Shown here: piece after piece, positions 47,625 through 57,610 of the stretch
Layout of the letters: each line of letters starts with the position of its first letter
Numbering within the stretch: the stretch's first letter is position 1
NCBI GenBank assembly: GCA_003154195.1
Contig: PMCS01000030.1
Coordinates: 123,446-187,445 of the forward strand
Length of the DNA stretch: 64,000 bases
Reading direction: 5' to 3'
DNA from: Candidatus Omnitrophota bacterium
GTDB taxonomy: Bacteria; Omnitrophota; Gorgyraeia; Duberdicusellales; 4484-171
Program-made: the position numbers and the translations under genes
Notes under the pieces: model-generated
Told to the model about the DNA's origin: nothing
Databases searched by the model: none
What the model saw: the letters and a program-made list of their open reading frames with translations, nothing else

Positions 47625-48569
47625 ATGGAAGGAAAAGTTGTTTTTGCTTCCGGTAAGGCGGGCGATTACGATATCTGGTCGCTGGATCTGGCGACCAGAG
47701 AATTAGGCCAGCTTACCGACGGCGCGTATTGGAATGACTGTCCTAAATGGTCGCCTGACGGCAGGAAAATAATTTTTATTTCCAACCGCATCGGCAGCGC
47801 GCAAATCTGGATGATGGACGAAAATGGATTGAACCAGGCTCAAGTCACTGAGACAGACCGTTGGCATGGCGCTCCCGCATGGTCTCCTGATGGAAAGCGG
47901 ATCGTATTCTGCGCCAACTACGACGGTAATATCAACATTTACGTCTTGGATCTGGCCGGCGGCAATCTTCAGCGGATTACTAATGATAAAAGTAAAGATT
48001 CTCATCCGCGTTTTTCGCCCGACGGCAAGAAGATTATTTTTGTTTCGCAGCGTTCCGGCAACGATGATATCTGGGCGTATCACCTTGAAACAGGACAGTT
48101 GCGGCAGTTAACGACATGCAAACAGAAGCATTTTTACCCGGTTTATTCGCCGGACGGCCAAACCATAGTTTTTGTGCGCGGTGTGATGATGCCCGGCGGG
48201 GAAGAAAATTTAGAGATTTATCTGATGGATGAGTCCGGCGGAAATATCAGAAAGTTGACCGATAATTTAAGGTCCGAGCATTACGTTAACTGGTCTCCCG
48301 ACGGAAAATTTTTGATACACGTTTCAAGAAGATTGTCGGTGGCGGAAAGGCTTGCCGGGATGCCGTCGTTCGCGGAGAGATTGATGGTTACCGATATCGA
48401 AACAAAAAAGAGCCGTTATGTCGAATTTGACCGGGAAAAATTAAACGACGAAATCGACGTAAAAACTCCCGGCGTGGGAATTTTTGCTATCCTGCCCAAT
48501 TTTATTACCAAGCGGCTTTATCCCCAGCAGTATTTCGGCACGGAGCGTTATCCGGACTGGAAGTTATAA
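47625..48569 (+). CDS. PD40/TolB-like beta-propeller protein
   Basis: Five WSPDG/FSPDG/YSPDG repeats. Confidence 0.88.
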   Translation: MEGKVVFASGKAGDYDIWSLDLATRELGQLTDGAYWNDCPKWSPDGRKIIFISNRIGSAQIWMMDENGLNQAQVTETDRWHGAPAWSPDGKRIVFCANYDGNINIYVLDLAGGNLQRITNDKSKDSHPRFSPDGKKIIFVSQRSGNDDIWAYHLETGQLRQLTTCKQKHFYPVYSPDGQTIVFVRGVMMPGGEENLEIYLMDESGGNIRKLTDNLRSEHYVNWSPDGKFLIHVSRRLSVAERLAGMPSFAERLMVTDIETKKSRYVEFDREKLNDEIDVKTPGVGIFAILPNFITKRLYPQQYFGTERYPDWKL

Positions 48570-48685
48570 AAAAATCTATAAAAAAATGGAAAAGTGTGAA
48601 AAAAATAGTATAATAATAATTTAGTAAATGTTGTCGGAAGATGCCCCATGTGAGACAAAACTAAAATTACAAAGAGGAGCCGAAG

Positions 48686-49144
48686 ATGAAGATATCGGAA
48701 TATTTGAAAAAAGAATTTTGCGTGATGGATTTGCAAGCGGTAAAAAAAGAGGATGCTATTAACGAAATCGTTTCTTGTTTGTCGGCTTGCGGCAAGGTGA
48801 AAGATAAAGAGAAATTTATCGGCGATATCCTGGAAAGAGAGAGCCTGGGCTCTACCGGCATCGGGAAAAATATCGCCATTCCTCATTCCCGGACCGGCGC
48901 CGTGGAAGGTTTTGTCATCGGTTTCGGCCGTTCGCGCGATGGTATTGATTTTAAGTCGCTCGACGGCGAAAAAGTCAATTTAGTTTTTTTGATGGGGACG
49001 AGCCTGCAGGAATTAAATTTATACTTACGGCTGTTGGCGGAACTGTCCCGGTTGTTGATGGAAAATACTTTTCGCCGCGAGCTTTTAGCGGCTAAAAGCG
49101 CCGAGGAGATTATCGATACGTTTAAAAAATTTGAAAAAACCTGA
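48686..49144 (+). CDS. PTS IIA (Ntr/fructose-type) protein
   Basis: RESLGSTGIGKNIAIPH phospho-His motif. Confidence 0.92.
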   Translation: MKISEYLKKEFCVMDLQAVKKEDAINEIVSCLSACGKVKDKEKFIGDILERESLGSTGIGKNIAIPHSRTGAVEGFVIGFGRSRDGIDFKSLDGEKVNLVFLMGTSLQELNLYLRLLAELSRLLMENTFRRELLAAKSAEEIIDTFKKFEKT

Positions 49145-49146
49145 TT

Positions 49147-50367
49147 ATGAAACAATACCGCGAAGAAATACTTTCCATGGTGATGGCCGGCGGCCGGGGC
49201 GAACGTCTTTTCCCTTTGACGATGGAGCGCACCAAGCCTTCGGTTCCTTTCGGCGGGAAATACCGTATCATTGATTTCGCGCTGAGTAATTTTATAAATT
49301 CCGGGGTTTACTCGATTTATGTGCTCGTTCAATATAAATCCCAGTCGTTGATTGAACACATCAGGACCACCTGGACCAAGGGCAGTACTTTGCCGAATCA
49401 TTTCGTTACCGTGGTGCCGCCGCAGATGCGCAAAGAAAAAGAGTGGTACCGCGGCACCGCCGATTCGATTCATCAAAATATAAACCTGGTGTATGATTTT
49501 AAGCCGAGGCTGGTCGCCATCTTCGGCGGCGACCATATTTACCGGATGAATATTAAAGAAATGATTGATTATCACCTGAAGAAAAAAGCGCAGGCGACAG
49601 TTGCGGTTATTCCGATAGATTCTAAGGACGCCGGCCAGTTCGGCGTGGCTGATACGGCAAGCGACGGCCGGATTTCCAGATTTATCGAAAAACCGAAAAT
49701 GCCGAAAGGTAAAACTGTTTTGGCTTCGATGGGTAATTATATTTTTAATGCCGAATTCCTTATTGATGTTTTGGCGGAAGATGCTCGAAAAAATACCGAT
49801 CATGATTTCGGCAAGAATATTCTTCCTTTTTTAATTGAAGGTAAAAAAGCTAAAATATACGCTTATGATTTTTCTTCCAACAGGATTCCCTCGCTTAAAA
49901 AATACGAAGCCGATTATTACTGGCGGGATGTCGGTACGATTAAAAGTTATTGGGAAGCTAATATGGATTTACTGGGCAAGAATCCCAAACTTGATTTAGA
50001 CAATCAGGATTGGCCGATTTACGCTTCCAACCTCGATTGTCCGCCGGCGCATATTTCAGATTCTCAGGTGGAAAATTCTCTTATTTGTGAAGGGGCAAGG
50101 GTGGACGGCGCGATTGTGAATAATTCTATCGTGGGCCGGTCGGTAAAGATTGAGCCGGGTTGTGTAGTCCAGGATTCGATAATCCTTGATTTCAGCCGGG
50201 TAGGCGCCGGGTCGCAAGTCAAAAAAGCAATCGTGGACCGGTTTAATATTATTGACAAAAATTCTAAAGTTTACCGCGACAAAAATCTGGATTCTTCTAA
50301 ATATTTTCTTGATTCCTCGGGCATCGTGGTGGTAAAACGGGGGGCAAGAAAAGTATTTTACTTCTAA
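49147..50367 (+). CDS. glgC: Glucose-1-phosphate adenylyltransferase
   Basis: AGGRGERL, KPSVPFGGKYRIIDF, GTAD, GDHIY, YWRDVGT. Confidence 0.96.
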   Translation: MKQYREEILSMVMAGGRGERLFPLTMERTKPSVPFGGKYRIIDFALSNFINSGVYSIYVLVQYKSQSLIEHIRTTWTKGSTLPNHFVTVVPPQMRKEKEWYRGTADSIHQNINLVYDFKPRLVAIFGGDHIYRMNIKEMIDYHLKKKAQATVAVIPIDSKDAGQFGVADTASDGRISRFIEKPKMPKGKTVLASMGNYIFNAEFLIDVLAEDARKNTDHDFGKNILPFLIEGKKAKIYAYDFSSNRIPSLKKYEADYYWRDVGTIKSYWEANMDLLGKNPKLDLDNQDWPIYASNLDCPPAHISDSQVENSLICEGARVDGAIVNNSIVGRSVKIEPGCVVQDSIILDFSRVGAGSQVKKAIVDRFNIIDKNSKVYRDKNLDSSKYFLDSSGIVVVKRGARKVFYF

Positions 50368-50378
50368 GTTATTTTTTT

Positions 50379-50554
50379 ACCACGAAGACACAAAGTCGAG
50401 AAAATCAAAAACCGGTTAAGGTAATGGTAAGGATGCCAGTATAGGTTAGGGTAAAGGTAAAGGCTTTAAAATTAGTATCAGCCTTTACCTTTGCCTTAGC
50501 CCAAACCGGCTTCCTTACCCTAACCCTAACCTTAGTGTTCGTGCTTGTTGTGGC
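50379..50554. repeat. Nested periodic-arm hairpins (6-mer GGTAA/TTAGGG pair inside CACAAAG pair)
   Basis: Outer arms like 7291-7426; inner 50414-50531 like 57436-57559. Confidence 0.7.
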
Positions 50555-50604
50555 TAAAATATTTATAGTTTTGTTATTATATTTGGTTTGTGAGAGGTAA
50601 TATT

Positions 50605-52710
50605 ATGGCGCGTAAATATCCGTTGGAAAAAATCAGGAATATCGGAATCGTGGCGCATATCGACGCCGGTAAAACTACTACTACCGAGCGGGTGCTTTTC
50701 TATACGGGAAAATCTCATAAGTTGGGAGAGGTCCATAACGGCAGCGCGGTTATGGATTGGATGAAGCAGGAACAGGAAAGAGGAATCACTATTACCAGCG
50801 CTGCTACTACTTGTTTCTGGCAAGATTGCAGTATTACTATCATTGATACTCCCGGGCATGTCGATTTTACTGCGGAGGTGGAAAGGAGTTTACGCGTTCT
50901 TGACGGAGCGGTCGTTCTTTTTTGTGCCGTAGGCGGCGTAGAGCCGCAGAGTGAAACAGTGTGGCGCCAGTCGCAGAAATATAATGTCCCCAAGGTTGTT
51001 TTTATTAATAAAATGGATCGAGTGGGGGCTGATTTTTTTATGGTTTTAAAAGAAATACAGCATAATCTGGGCGCTAACGCCATACCTTTGCAGGTTCCTA
51101 TTGGGGCAGAAGAGAATTTTCGCGGCGTGATTGACTTGATCGAGATGAAGGCTTATATCTATGAAGAAGATTCATTGGGCAAGGAGTTTCGTATAGAAGA
51201 TATTCCTGCGGATTTAATAGCGATCGCTAAAGAATACAACCATAAGACTGTGGAAAAAGCCGTGGAGCTTGATGACAAATTGATGGAAAAGTATCTTGAG
51301 TCACAGGAATCGATTACCCCCGAAGAATTAAAAGCGGCAATCCGTAAAGGAACGGTTGCCAACAAGGTTGTTCCGGTGATCTGCGGCGCGTCTTTTAAAA
51401 ATAAAGGCGTACAGAAACTCCTTGACGCGATTATCGATTATCTTCCTTCGCCGGCGGATTTACCGCCGGTTACCGGCCACGATCCCCGGGATACCGATAA
51501 GCAGCTCGTCAGAAGTTGCGACGATAAGGAACCGTTCAGCGCGTTGGCGTTCAAAGTCCAGGCTGATTCTCACATGGGAAAACTTGTTTATTTGCGTGTT
51601 TATTCCGGCAGTCTTCCCGCCGGTACCTATATTACTAATGCCACAAAAGATAAAAAAGAAAGAATCAGCAGGATCTTCCAGATGCATGCCAACCAGCGCC
51701 AGTCTCAAGCTGAAGTTAATGCCGGCGATATTGTAGCGGTGGTAGGTTTGGAAGATACGATAACCGGCGATACTCTTTGTGATGAAAATAATCCGGTTAT
51801 ATTAGAGGCGATAGAATTTCCTACCCCGGTTATTTCCATAAGCGTCGCGCCTAAGACGCGCGCCGACCAGGATAAGCTGGGTAAGGGATTAATGCGGCTG
51901 GCAGAAGAAGACCCCACGTTCAATGTCGAGTCGGACCAGGAAACCAATGAAACTATTCTTTCCGGCATGGGCGAGCTACACCTGGAGATAATTGTCGACC
52001 GCTTAAAGCATGAATTCGGCGTTGAGGCTATCGTGGGTAAGCCTAAGGTTGCCTATAAGGAAACGATTACTCATAGCGTTGAAGAGGAATATAAGCACAT
52101 TAAGCAGTCCGGCGGCCGCGGCCAATACGGGCATGTTATTTTAAAGCTTGAGCCGGCCGATCCCGAGACCGGTTTCGAATTTATCAATGCCGTGGTAGGA
52201 GGAAGGATCCCCCGCGAATACATTCCGGCCGTAGAAAAAGGCGTAATCGAAGCGATGAAAGAAGGCGCTTATGCCGGCTATCCGGTTGTGGACGTGAAAG
52301 TCACGCTGCTCGATGGTTCATTCCACGAAGTTGATTCCAGCGAGATAGCCTTTAAGATTGCCGCCATCACTTGCTTCAAGAAAGCTTTCTTAAGGTGTTC
52401 TCCAATTTTACTTGAGCCGGAAATGTCTATGGAAATAATTTCTCCCCGAGATTTTGCCGCCAATATCGTCGGCAATCTTTGTTCCCGCCGGGGAAAAGTT
52501 TTAGGCATGGAGGAAAAGGTCGGCCAGCAAGTTATCGCTGCCAACGCTCCGCTTTCGGAGCTATTCGGTTATACTACCACTTTGCGTTCGCTTTCCAGCG
52601 GCCGCGCCAACTATTCGATGCACTTCGAAAAATACGTCCCCGTGCCGTTTGCCATCGCCGAAGCCGTAAGGGAAGAACGGGCAAAAGAAAAAGCGGCGCG
52701 TAACAAATAG
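50605..52710 (+). CDS. fusA: Elongation factor G (not in str operon)
   Basis: [44 protein letters not shown]. Confidence 0.96.
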   Translation: MARKYPLEKIRNIGIVAHIDAGKTTTTERVLFYTGKSHKLGEVHNGSAVMDWMKQEQERGITITSAATTCFWQDCSITIIDTPGHVDFTAEVERSLRVLDGAVVLFCAVGGVEPQSETVWRQSQKYNVPKVVFINKMDRVGADFFMVLKEIQHNLGANAIPLQVPIGAEENFRGVIDLIEMKAYIYEEDSLGKEFRIEDIPADLIAIAKEYNHKTVEKAVELDDKLMEKYLESQESITPEELKAAIRKGTVANKVVPVICGASFKNKGVQKLLDAIIDYLPSPADLPPVTGHDPRDTDKQLVRSCDDKEPFSALAFKVQADSHMGKLVYLRVYSGSLPAGTYITNATKDKKERISRIFQMHANQRQSQAEVNAGDIVAVVGLEDTITGDTLCDENNPVILEAIEFPTPVISISVAPKTRADQDKLGKGLMRLAEEDPTFNVESDQETNETILSGMGELHLEIIVDRLKHEFGVEAIVGKPKVAYKETITHSVEEEYKHIKQSGGRGQYGHVILKLEPADPETGFEFINAVVGGRIPREYIPAVEKGVIEAMKEGAYAGYPVVDVKVTLLDGSFHEVDSSEIAFKIAAITCFKKAFLRCSPILLEPEMSMEIISPRDFAANIVGNLCSRRGKVLGMEEKVGQQVIAANAPLSELFGYTTTLRSLSSGRANYSMHFEKYVPVPFAIAEAVREERAKEKAARNK

Positions 52711-52855
52711 GTTATTTTTTACGCAGTAAAAAATAACCTTGGACCGCTGGCGCGGATCGGGAAAGTTCCGGTTCAGGCATTTTTCCCGGTTTGGCAAACT
52801 CTTTCAAAATACCTCAACTCCCCGAGTCAAATCAATCCGGGAAAATCGATAACCC

Positions 52856-53008
52856 TTTATTCTCCTTCGCTGAAGTTCGCCTTCGCCAAGACTTCGGCGA
52901 GATTCCTCCGAAGCTCGAAGAGCGAAGGAGAACTTCGGCGAAATCTCTCCGAAGCTAAAAAAAAGCGAAGGAGGACTTCGGAGAAATGAAGCTATATGTC
53001 GCGGGGAG
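52856..53008. repeat. Nested CTTCG-rich palindromic element
   Basis: Starts TTTATTCTCCTTCGC and ends CTTCGGAGAAATGAAGCT..CGCGGGGAG as in 23502-23607. Confidence 0.7.
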
Positions 53009-53053
53009 GAAATTTGGGCTTCATTATTTTCTCCTTGGTGGTAAAATCTTATT

Positions 53054-53878
53054 GTGATTATTACCGATAAAAATAAAAATATTCTTTATCGCAAATGGGT
53101 GGCCGGCAACACGAAGGAGGTATTTCTCCTGGTGCACGGCCTGGGTGGCCATAGCGAGCGCTGGGAAGAATTTGCGAAGTTCTTTTTGTCTTACGGCATA
53201 AGTTCTTACGCGATAGAATTGAGGGGTTTCGGCGAAACACCGGAACTTAAAGGGCATATCCCGTCATTTGAACAATATTACGGCGATATCCTTGCTCTCT
53301 GCCAAGTAATAAGGAATGAAAACCCGGATAAGAAGATTTTTCTGGCCGGGGAAAGCCTGGGTGGTTTACTTGCTTTTAAAATATCCTGCCGGTATTGGGA
53401 TTTTTTTAGCGGGTTGGCCTGTATCGCTCCGGTTTTTTCCGACAGATTAAAGGCTTCGCTGTTGGAGTATTTGCGGGTATTCTTTGCTCTTTTTTTTAAT
53501 CCCCGCAGACAATTCATCGTTCCTTTAGACGCGGCGATGCTTACGCGTGATCCCGTTTATCAGGAAAAGCTAGATACCGACAGCCGGGAGCATCGTTTTG
53601 TCACCAGCCGGATGATTTTTAATATCTTTGCCTTGCAGGCGCAAACACGATTTTCTAAAAACACCATCAAGCTGCCGGTATTGTTTTTGCTGGCCGGGGA
53701 TGACCGGGTAGTCAAGAATAGCGCCGGCCGGAAAGTTTTTGAGCGTTTGCAGTCGGAGGATAAAACCATAATCGAATATCCCGGCGCGCGCCACGCGCTT
53801 TCCATCGATTCGGACCGGGATAAAATGTTTAAGGATATTCTGGAGTGGGTGAGGCAAAGGCTGAAGGATGAGGGATGA
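53054..53878 (+). CDS. Alpha/beta hydrolase (lysophospholipase/monoacylglycerol lipase-like)
   Basis: VHGLGGH, LRGFG, GESLGG nucleophile, D and H of the triad. Confidence 0.88.
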   Translation: MIITDKNKNILYRKWVAGNTKEVFLLVHGLGGHSERWEEFAKFFLSYGISSYAIELRGFGETPELKGHIPSFEQYYGDILALCQVIRNENPDKKIFLAGESLGGLLAFKISCRYWDFFSGLACIAPVFSDRLKASLLEYLRVFFALFFNPRRQFIVPLDAAMLTRDPVYQEKLDTDSREHRFVTSRMIFNIFALQAQTRFSKNTIKLPVLFLLAGDDRVVKNSAGRKVFERLQSEDKTIIEYPGARHALSIDSDRDKMFKDILEWVRQRLKDEG

Positions 53879-54038
53879 GAGAAGAAGGACGAAAGAATAG
53901 TGTTGGAGTGTCAGAGAAAAACCGAAGGACGTGGGACGTCCGCGGTAGTAACCGCTGGGACGAAGGACGAGCGTCAAAGTGTCAGGGCGTCAGAGCGGTT
54001 TTTAACTATGACGCTGTGACGCTATGACACTTTGACAC
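53864..54038. repeat. Solo 7-mer arm (GAAGGAC) plus 8-mer periodic-arm hairpin (GTGTCAAA/TGACGCT)
   Basis: 53971-53997 pairs with 54009-54038. Confidence 0.65.
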
Positions 54039-54057
54039 TATAATAATTGCGGTGATT

Positions 54058-55539
54058 ATGGAGTATATCTTAGCCATTGACCAGGGGACGACCGGCAGCC
54101 GTGCTGTTGTCTACGATAAATACGGGAAAAAAATCGCCGCTTCTTATCATGAATTTAAACAGTATTTTCCCCGGCCCGGCTGGGTTGAGCATAATCCGCG
54201 GGAAATCTGGCAAAGCGTAAACAATTCTATCCAGGAAGTCCTTAAAGACATTCCCGCCGCTTCGATCGCCGCAATCGGTATTACCAACCAGCGTGAAACA
54301 ACAATCGTCTGGGACAAGGATACCGGTAAGCCCGTCTACAATGCCATTGTCTGGCAGTGCCGGCGTACTGCCGCGGCTTGTGACGCGTTGAAAAATAAAA
54401 GAGGCGAAGGGGAATTTTTCCGTTCGCGCACCGGCCTGCCGATTGACGCTTATTTCAGCGCGACCAAGCTGGCCTGGATCCTGAAAAATGTCCCCGGCGC
54501 TTTGCCTAAAGCAAAAAAAGGAAAACTTCTATTCGGCACAACCGACAGCTGGGTTTTATGGCAATTGACCGGCGCCATGGTTCACGCCACTGATTATACC
54601 AATGCCGGCCGCACCATGCTGTTTAATATCAACAAATTAGAGTGGGATAAGGATATTCTTGGTAAATTCAATATCCCTTCGCTAATACTGCCGCGGGCTT
54701 TGCCGTCTTCGGGCATCTTCGGCGTAAGCGCTAAAATTGGAAGACTGGGGCAGGGCATCCCCATATCTGGTATTGCCGGTGACCAGCAGGCGGCATTATT
54801 CGGCCAGGCCTGTTTCGCGCCGGGTACGCTGAAGAATACCTATGGCACCGGGGCATTTATGCTGCTCAATACCGGCAAAAACCGGCCGGTCTCAAAATAC
54901 GGCTTGATCACTACTCTTGCCTGTGGCCCGCAAGCGGAGCCGGTTTATGCCTTGGAGGGATCAATCTTTATCGCCGGCGCGGCAATCCAGTGGCTGCGCG
55001 ACGGGCTTAAGATTTTAGACAAAGCTTCCCAGTCGCAGGATTTAGCGTTAGCGTTAAAAGACAATGAAGGCGTATATTTTGTCCCGGCGTTGACCGGCCT
55101 GGGCGCGCCTTATTGGGACCAGAATGCCCGGGGCCTGATAAATGGTATCACGCGGGGAACCACTCGCCAGCACCTGGCGCGGGCGGCGCTGGAAGCGATG
55201 TGCTACCAGACTATGGACGTGATGACGGCGATGAAAAAAGACAGCGGCTTGAGCATAAAAGATTTGAAGATTGACGGCGGCGCGTCCGCCAACGATTTTT
55301 TATGCCAGTTCCAGGCGGATATCTCCGGGGTAAATGTCCTGCGTCCGCGGGTCATCGAGACTACTTCCCTGGGCGCGGCGTACCTGGCGGGTTTGGCCGT
55401 AGGGTATTGGAAAAATACCGGCGAGATTAAAAAATGCTGGCGGCTCGACCGCGTTTTTAAGCCGAAGATGCAAAGAGCGCAAGCGCGTAAGTTCTACGAA
55501 GGGTGGCAGGGGGCGGTAGCCAAGACGTTAACTATTTGA
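54058..55539 (+). CDS. glpK: Glycerol kinase
   Basis: DQGTTGSR, GITNQRETT, GDQQAALFGQ, KNTYGTG. Confidence 0.97.
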   Translation: MEYILAIDQGTTGSRAVVYDKYGKKIAASYHEFKQYFPRPGWVEHNPREIWQSVNNSIQEVLKDIPAASIAAIGITNQRETTIVWDKDTGKPVYNAIVWQCRRTAAACDALKNKRGEGEFFRSRTGLPIDAYFSATKLAWILKNVPGALPKAKKGKLLFGTTDSWVLWQLTGAMVHATDYTNAGRTMLFNINKLEWDKDILGKFNIPSLILPRALPSSGIFGVSAKIGRLGQGIPISGIAGDQQAALFGQACFAPGTLKNTYGTGAFMLLNTGKNRPVSKYGLITTLACGPQAEPVYALEGSIFIAGAAIQWLRDGLKILDKASQSQDLALALKDNEGVYFVPALTGLGAPYWDQNARGLINGITRGTTRQHLARAALEAMCYQTMDVMTAMKKDSGLSIKDLKIDGGASANDFLCQFQADISGVNVLRPRVIETTSLGAAYLAGLAVGYWKNTGEIKKCWRLDRVFKPKMQRAQARKFYEGWQGAVAKTLTI

Positions 55540-55548
55540 TCAGTCGGT

Positions 55549-55932
55549 TTGGGCAGAAATGTTGTATTTTTGTCGCGCTCCCGCAATTTTGACATCAATT
55601 GTGTCGACCCGATACAAAATAATAAAATATCCAATAATCATGAAATAAATCATAGCGGGCGGACACACCGGTCCGCCCTTACAATATCCGGTATAATCCA
55701 ATGGTTTAAAACAATGACAACGAATAAATATATTCAAAATATCGAAAATAATAATTGGTCGTCATTTGTCAAATGTCTATGGCAACGTAATTTCCACGAC
55801 CATGTTATACGTAACGACAAATCGTTGGGTAAAATCCGGGAATATATAATCAATAATCCTGCAACCTGGAATAATGATATTGAAAATCCCGATAGAACAG
55901 GCAGTATGGAATCAAAATTGATTGAGGTTTAA
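55549..55932 (+). pseudogene. C-terminal remnant of REP-associated tyrosine (Y1/RAYT) transposase with internal REP-like palindrome
   Basis: IIQWFK, LWQRNFHDHVIR, YIINNP; lacks N-terminus and HUH motif; GGGCGGAC-ACACCG-GTCCGCCC at 55657-55678. Confidence 0.8.
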
Positions 55933-55992
55933 CCAACTTATCCAGCGGATTTTTGCGTCAGACAAAATATGTAAAATAAAAATTAAAAATTT

Positions 55993-57420
55993 ATGCTTTA
56001 CGACGTTATCATCATCGGCGGCGGAGTGGCGGGGACGGCAATCGCGCGGGAGTTATCGCGGTTCCGGATATCAACCGCTCTTTTAGAAAAGGAAGAAGAG
56101 CTCGCTTTTGGCGTTTCTAAATCCAATAGCGGTATCATCCACCCGGGGACGCAGAATCCACCCGGTTCTTTAAAGGGGCAGCTTTGCGTATGGGGGAACC
56201 GGCTGACCAGGGAAATTGCCGGAGAACTGGGCGTTGATTTTAAGGAAGTGGGAGAATTAATCGTCGCGTTTAACCAGGGAGAGCTCGCGCAGCTGCAGCA
56301 GATTAAAAAAGACGCGCAAGCCCTGGGCGTGCCGCGCTTGAAAATCGTCAACCGCGCCTGGCTCGATAAAAACGAACCCAATCTTTCGCGGGAAGCGATC
56401 GCCGCGCTTTACGCGCCTACCGCGGGGATCATCAGCCCCTATCGGCTGGTTTACGCTTTAGCCGCCGACGCTTTAGCTAACGGCGTGGAAATTTTTACGC
56501 GGGCAAAAGTGCAGAATATCCGGCGTAAGGGCGACTGTTTCGAGGTTCATACCACGCGCGGCATTTTCGACGGCCAATATATCGTTAATGCCGCCGGGCT
56601 TTTTGCCGACGAAGTGGCGGCAATGGCCGGCGCCGGTAATTTTACGATCACCCCGCGTAAAGGCGAAGAATTTTTGTTGGATAAAAAATGCCGCGATTTA
56701 ACCAACCACCTTATTTTTCCTTTGCCATCAAAGGCTTCCAAGGGTATTCTGGTTATAAAGACAAGCGACGGCAATCCGATGATCGGCCCGACTGCCTGCG
56801 AGGCGGCCGGCAAAGATGATTTATCGACTACCGATGAGGGGTTGGCGAATGTTCTGGCGGCGGCAAAAAAACTGGTTCCCTCAATCGACGGAAAGGATAT
56901 CATCGCTTACTTCGCGGGATTGCGTCCTATCGCGGGGGATGATTTTATCATTCGCGCCGAAGAAGGCGAGCGGAAATTTATTAATGTCGCCGGTATCCAG
57001 TCGCCGGGGTTGACCGCGGCGCCGGCAATTGCGATTGTTGTGATCGAGACCTTAAACAAAAACGGCTTGGCCTTTAAACGAAAATCTCTTTTTAAGCAAA
57101 ACTGTGTGGAACCCGGCCATTTGTTTTCCGTACCGTTGGCGAAGACAAAAGAATTCATCGAGAAAGACCCGGCTTACGGCGATATCGTTTGCCGCTGCGA
57201 ACTTGTTTCGGCCAAAGAGATAAAAGATGCCGTATCTGCCGGCGCGGCAACGCTGGACGGTATAAAATTCCGCACCCGCGCCCAGGCCGGACGCTGCCAT
57301 GGGAGTTTTTGCACGACCAGGATCATGAAAATTTTGGCTGAGAGTACAAATAAAAAATTAACAGAAATTACCAAACGTGGCAAAGGGTCGGAGATCGTGA
57401 AGGGGGATAGAGGTGGATAG
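55993..57420 (+). CDS. FAD-dependent oxidoreductase with BFD-like [2Fe-2S] domain (GlpA-like glycerol-3-phosphate dehydrogenase)
   Basis: GGGVAG, SKSNSGIIH, SPGLTAAP, CRCE, GRCHGSFC; next to glpK. Confidence 0.85.
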   Translation: MLYDVIIIGGGVAGTAIARELSRFRISTALLEKEEELAFGVSKSNSGIIHPGTQNPPGSLKGQLCVWGNRLTREIAGELGVDFKEVGELIVAFNQGELAQLQQIKKDAQALGVPRLKIVNRAWLDKNEPNLSREAIAALYAPTAGIISPYRLVYALAADALANGVEIFTRAKVQNIRRKGDCFEVHTTRGIFDGQYIVNAAGLFADEVAAMAGAGNFTITPRKGEEFLLDKKCRDLTNHLIFPLPSKASKGILVIKTSDGNPMIGPTACEAAGKDDLSTTDEGLANVLAAAKKLVPSIDGKDIIAYFAGLRPIAGDDFIIRAEEGERKFINVAGIQSPGLTAAPAIAIVVIETLNKNGLAFKRKSLFKQNCVEPGHLFSVPLAKTKEFIEKDPAYGDIVCRCELVSAKEIKDAVSAGAATLDGIKFRTRAQAGRCHGSFCTTRIMKILAESTNKKLTEITKRGKGSEIVKGDRGG

Positions 57421-57435
57421 TAAAAAGTAATAATC

Positions 57436-57559
57436 GGCTAAGGCTAAGGTTATGAAGCCGGTATAGGTAAAGGTGAGGGTTAGGGCTTAAAACAATTTTT
57501 TAGCCTTAACCTTGACCCTAACCCTAACCTATACGGGCATCATTACCCTTACCCTAACC
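57436..57559. repeat. Periodic-arm hairpin (6-mer type), empty
   Basis: GGCTAAGGCTAAGG..GGGTTAGGG pairs with CCCTAACCCTAACC.. Confidence 0.7.
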
Positions 57560-57610
57560 ATTTTGTATACTATGCCGGCGTCGTAACCATAGCCTTTACC
57601 GGAGTATATT

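Noticed and set aside
48883-49803. 306-aa minus-strand ORF and similar antisense ORFs across the window
   Set aside because: Antisense to well-supported genes, no motifs
50414-57559. Telomere-like TTAGGG/CCCTAA repeats at 50414-50531 and 57436-57559
   Set aside because: Short degenerate 6-mers forming the arms of intergenic hairpins
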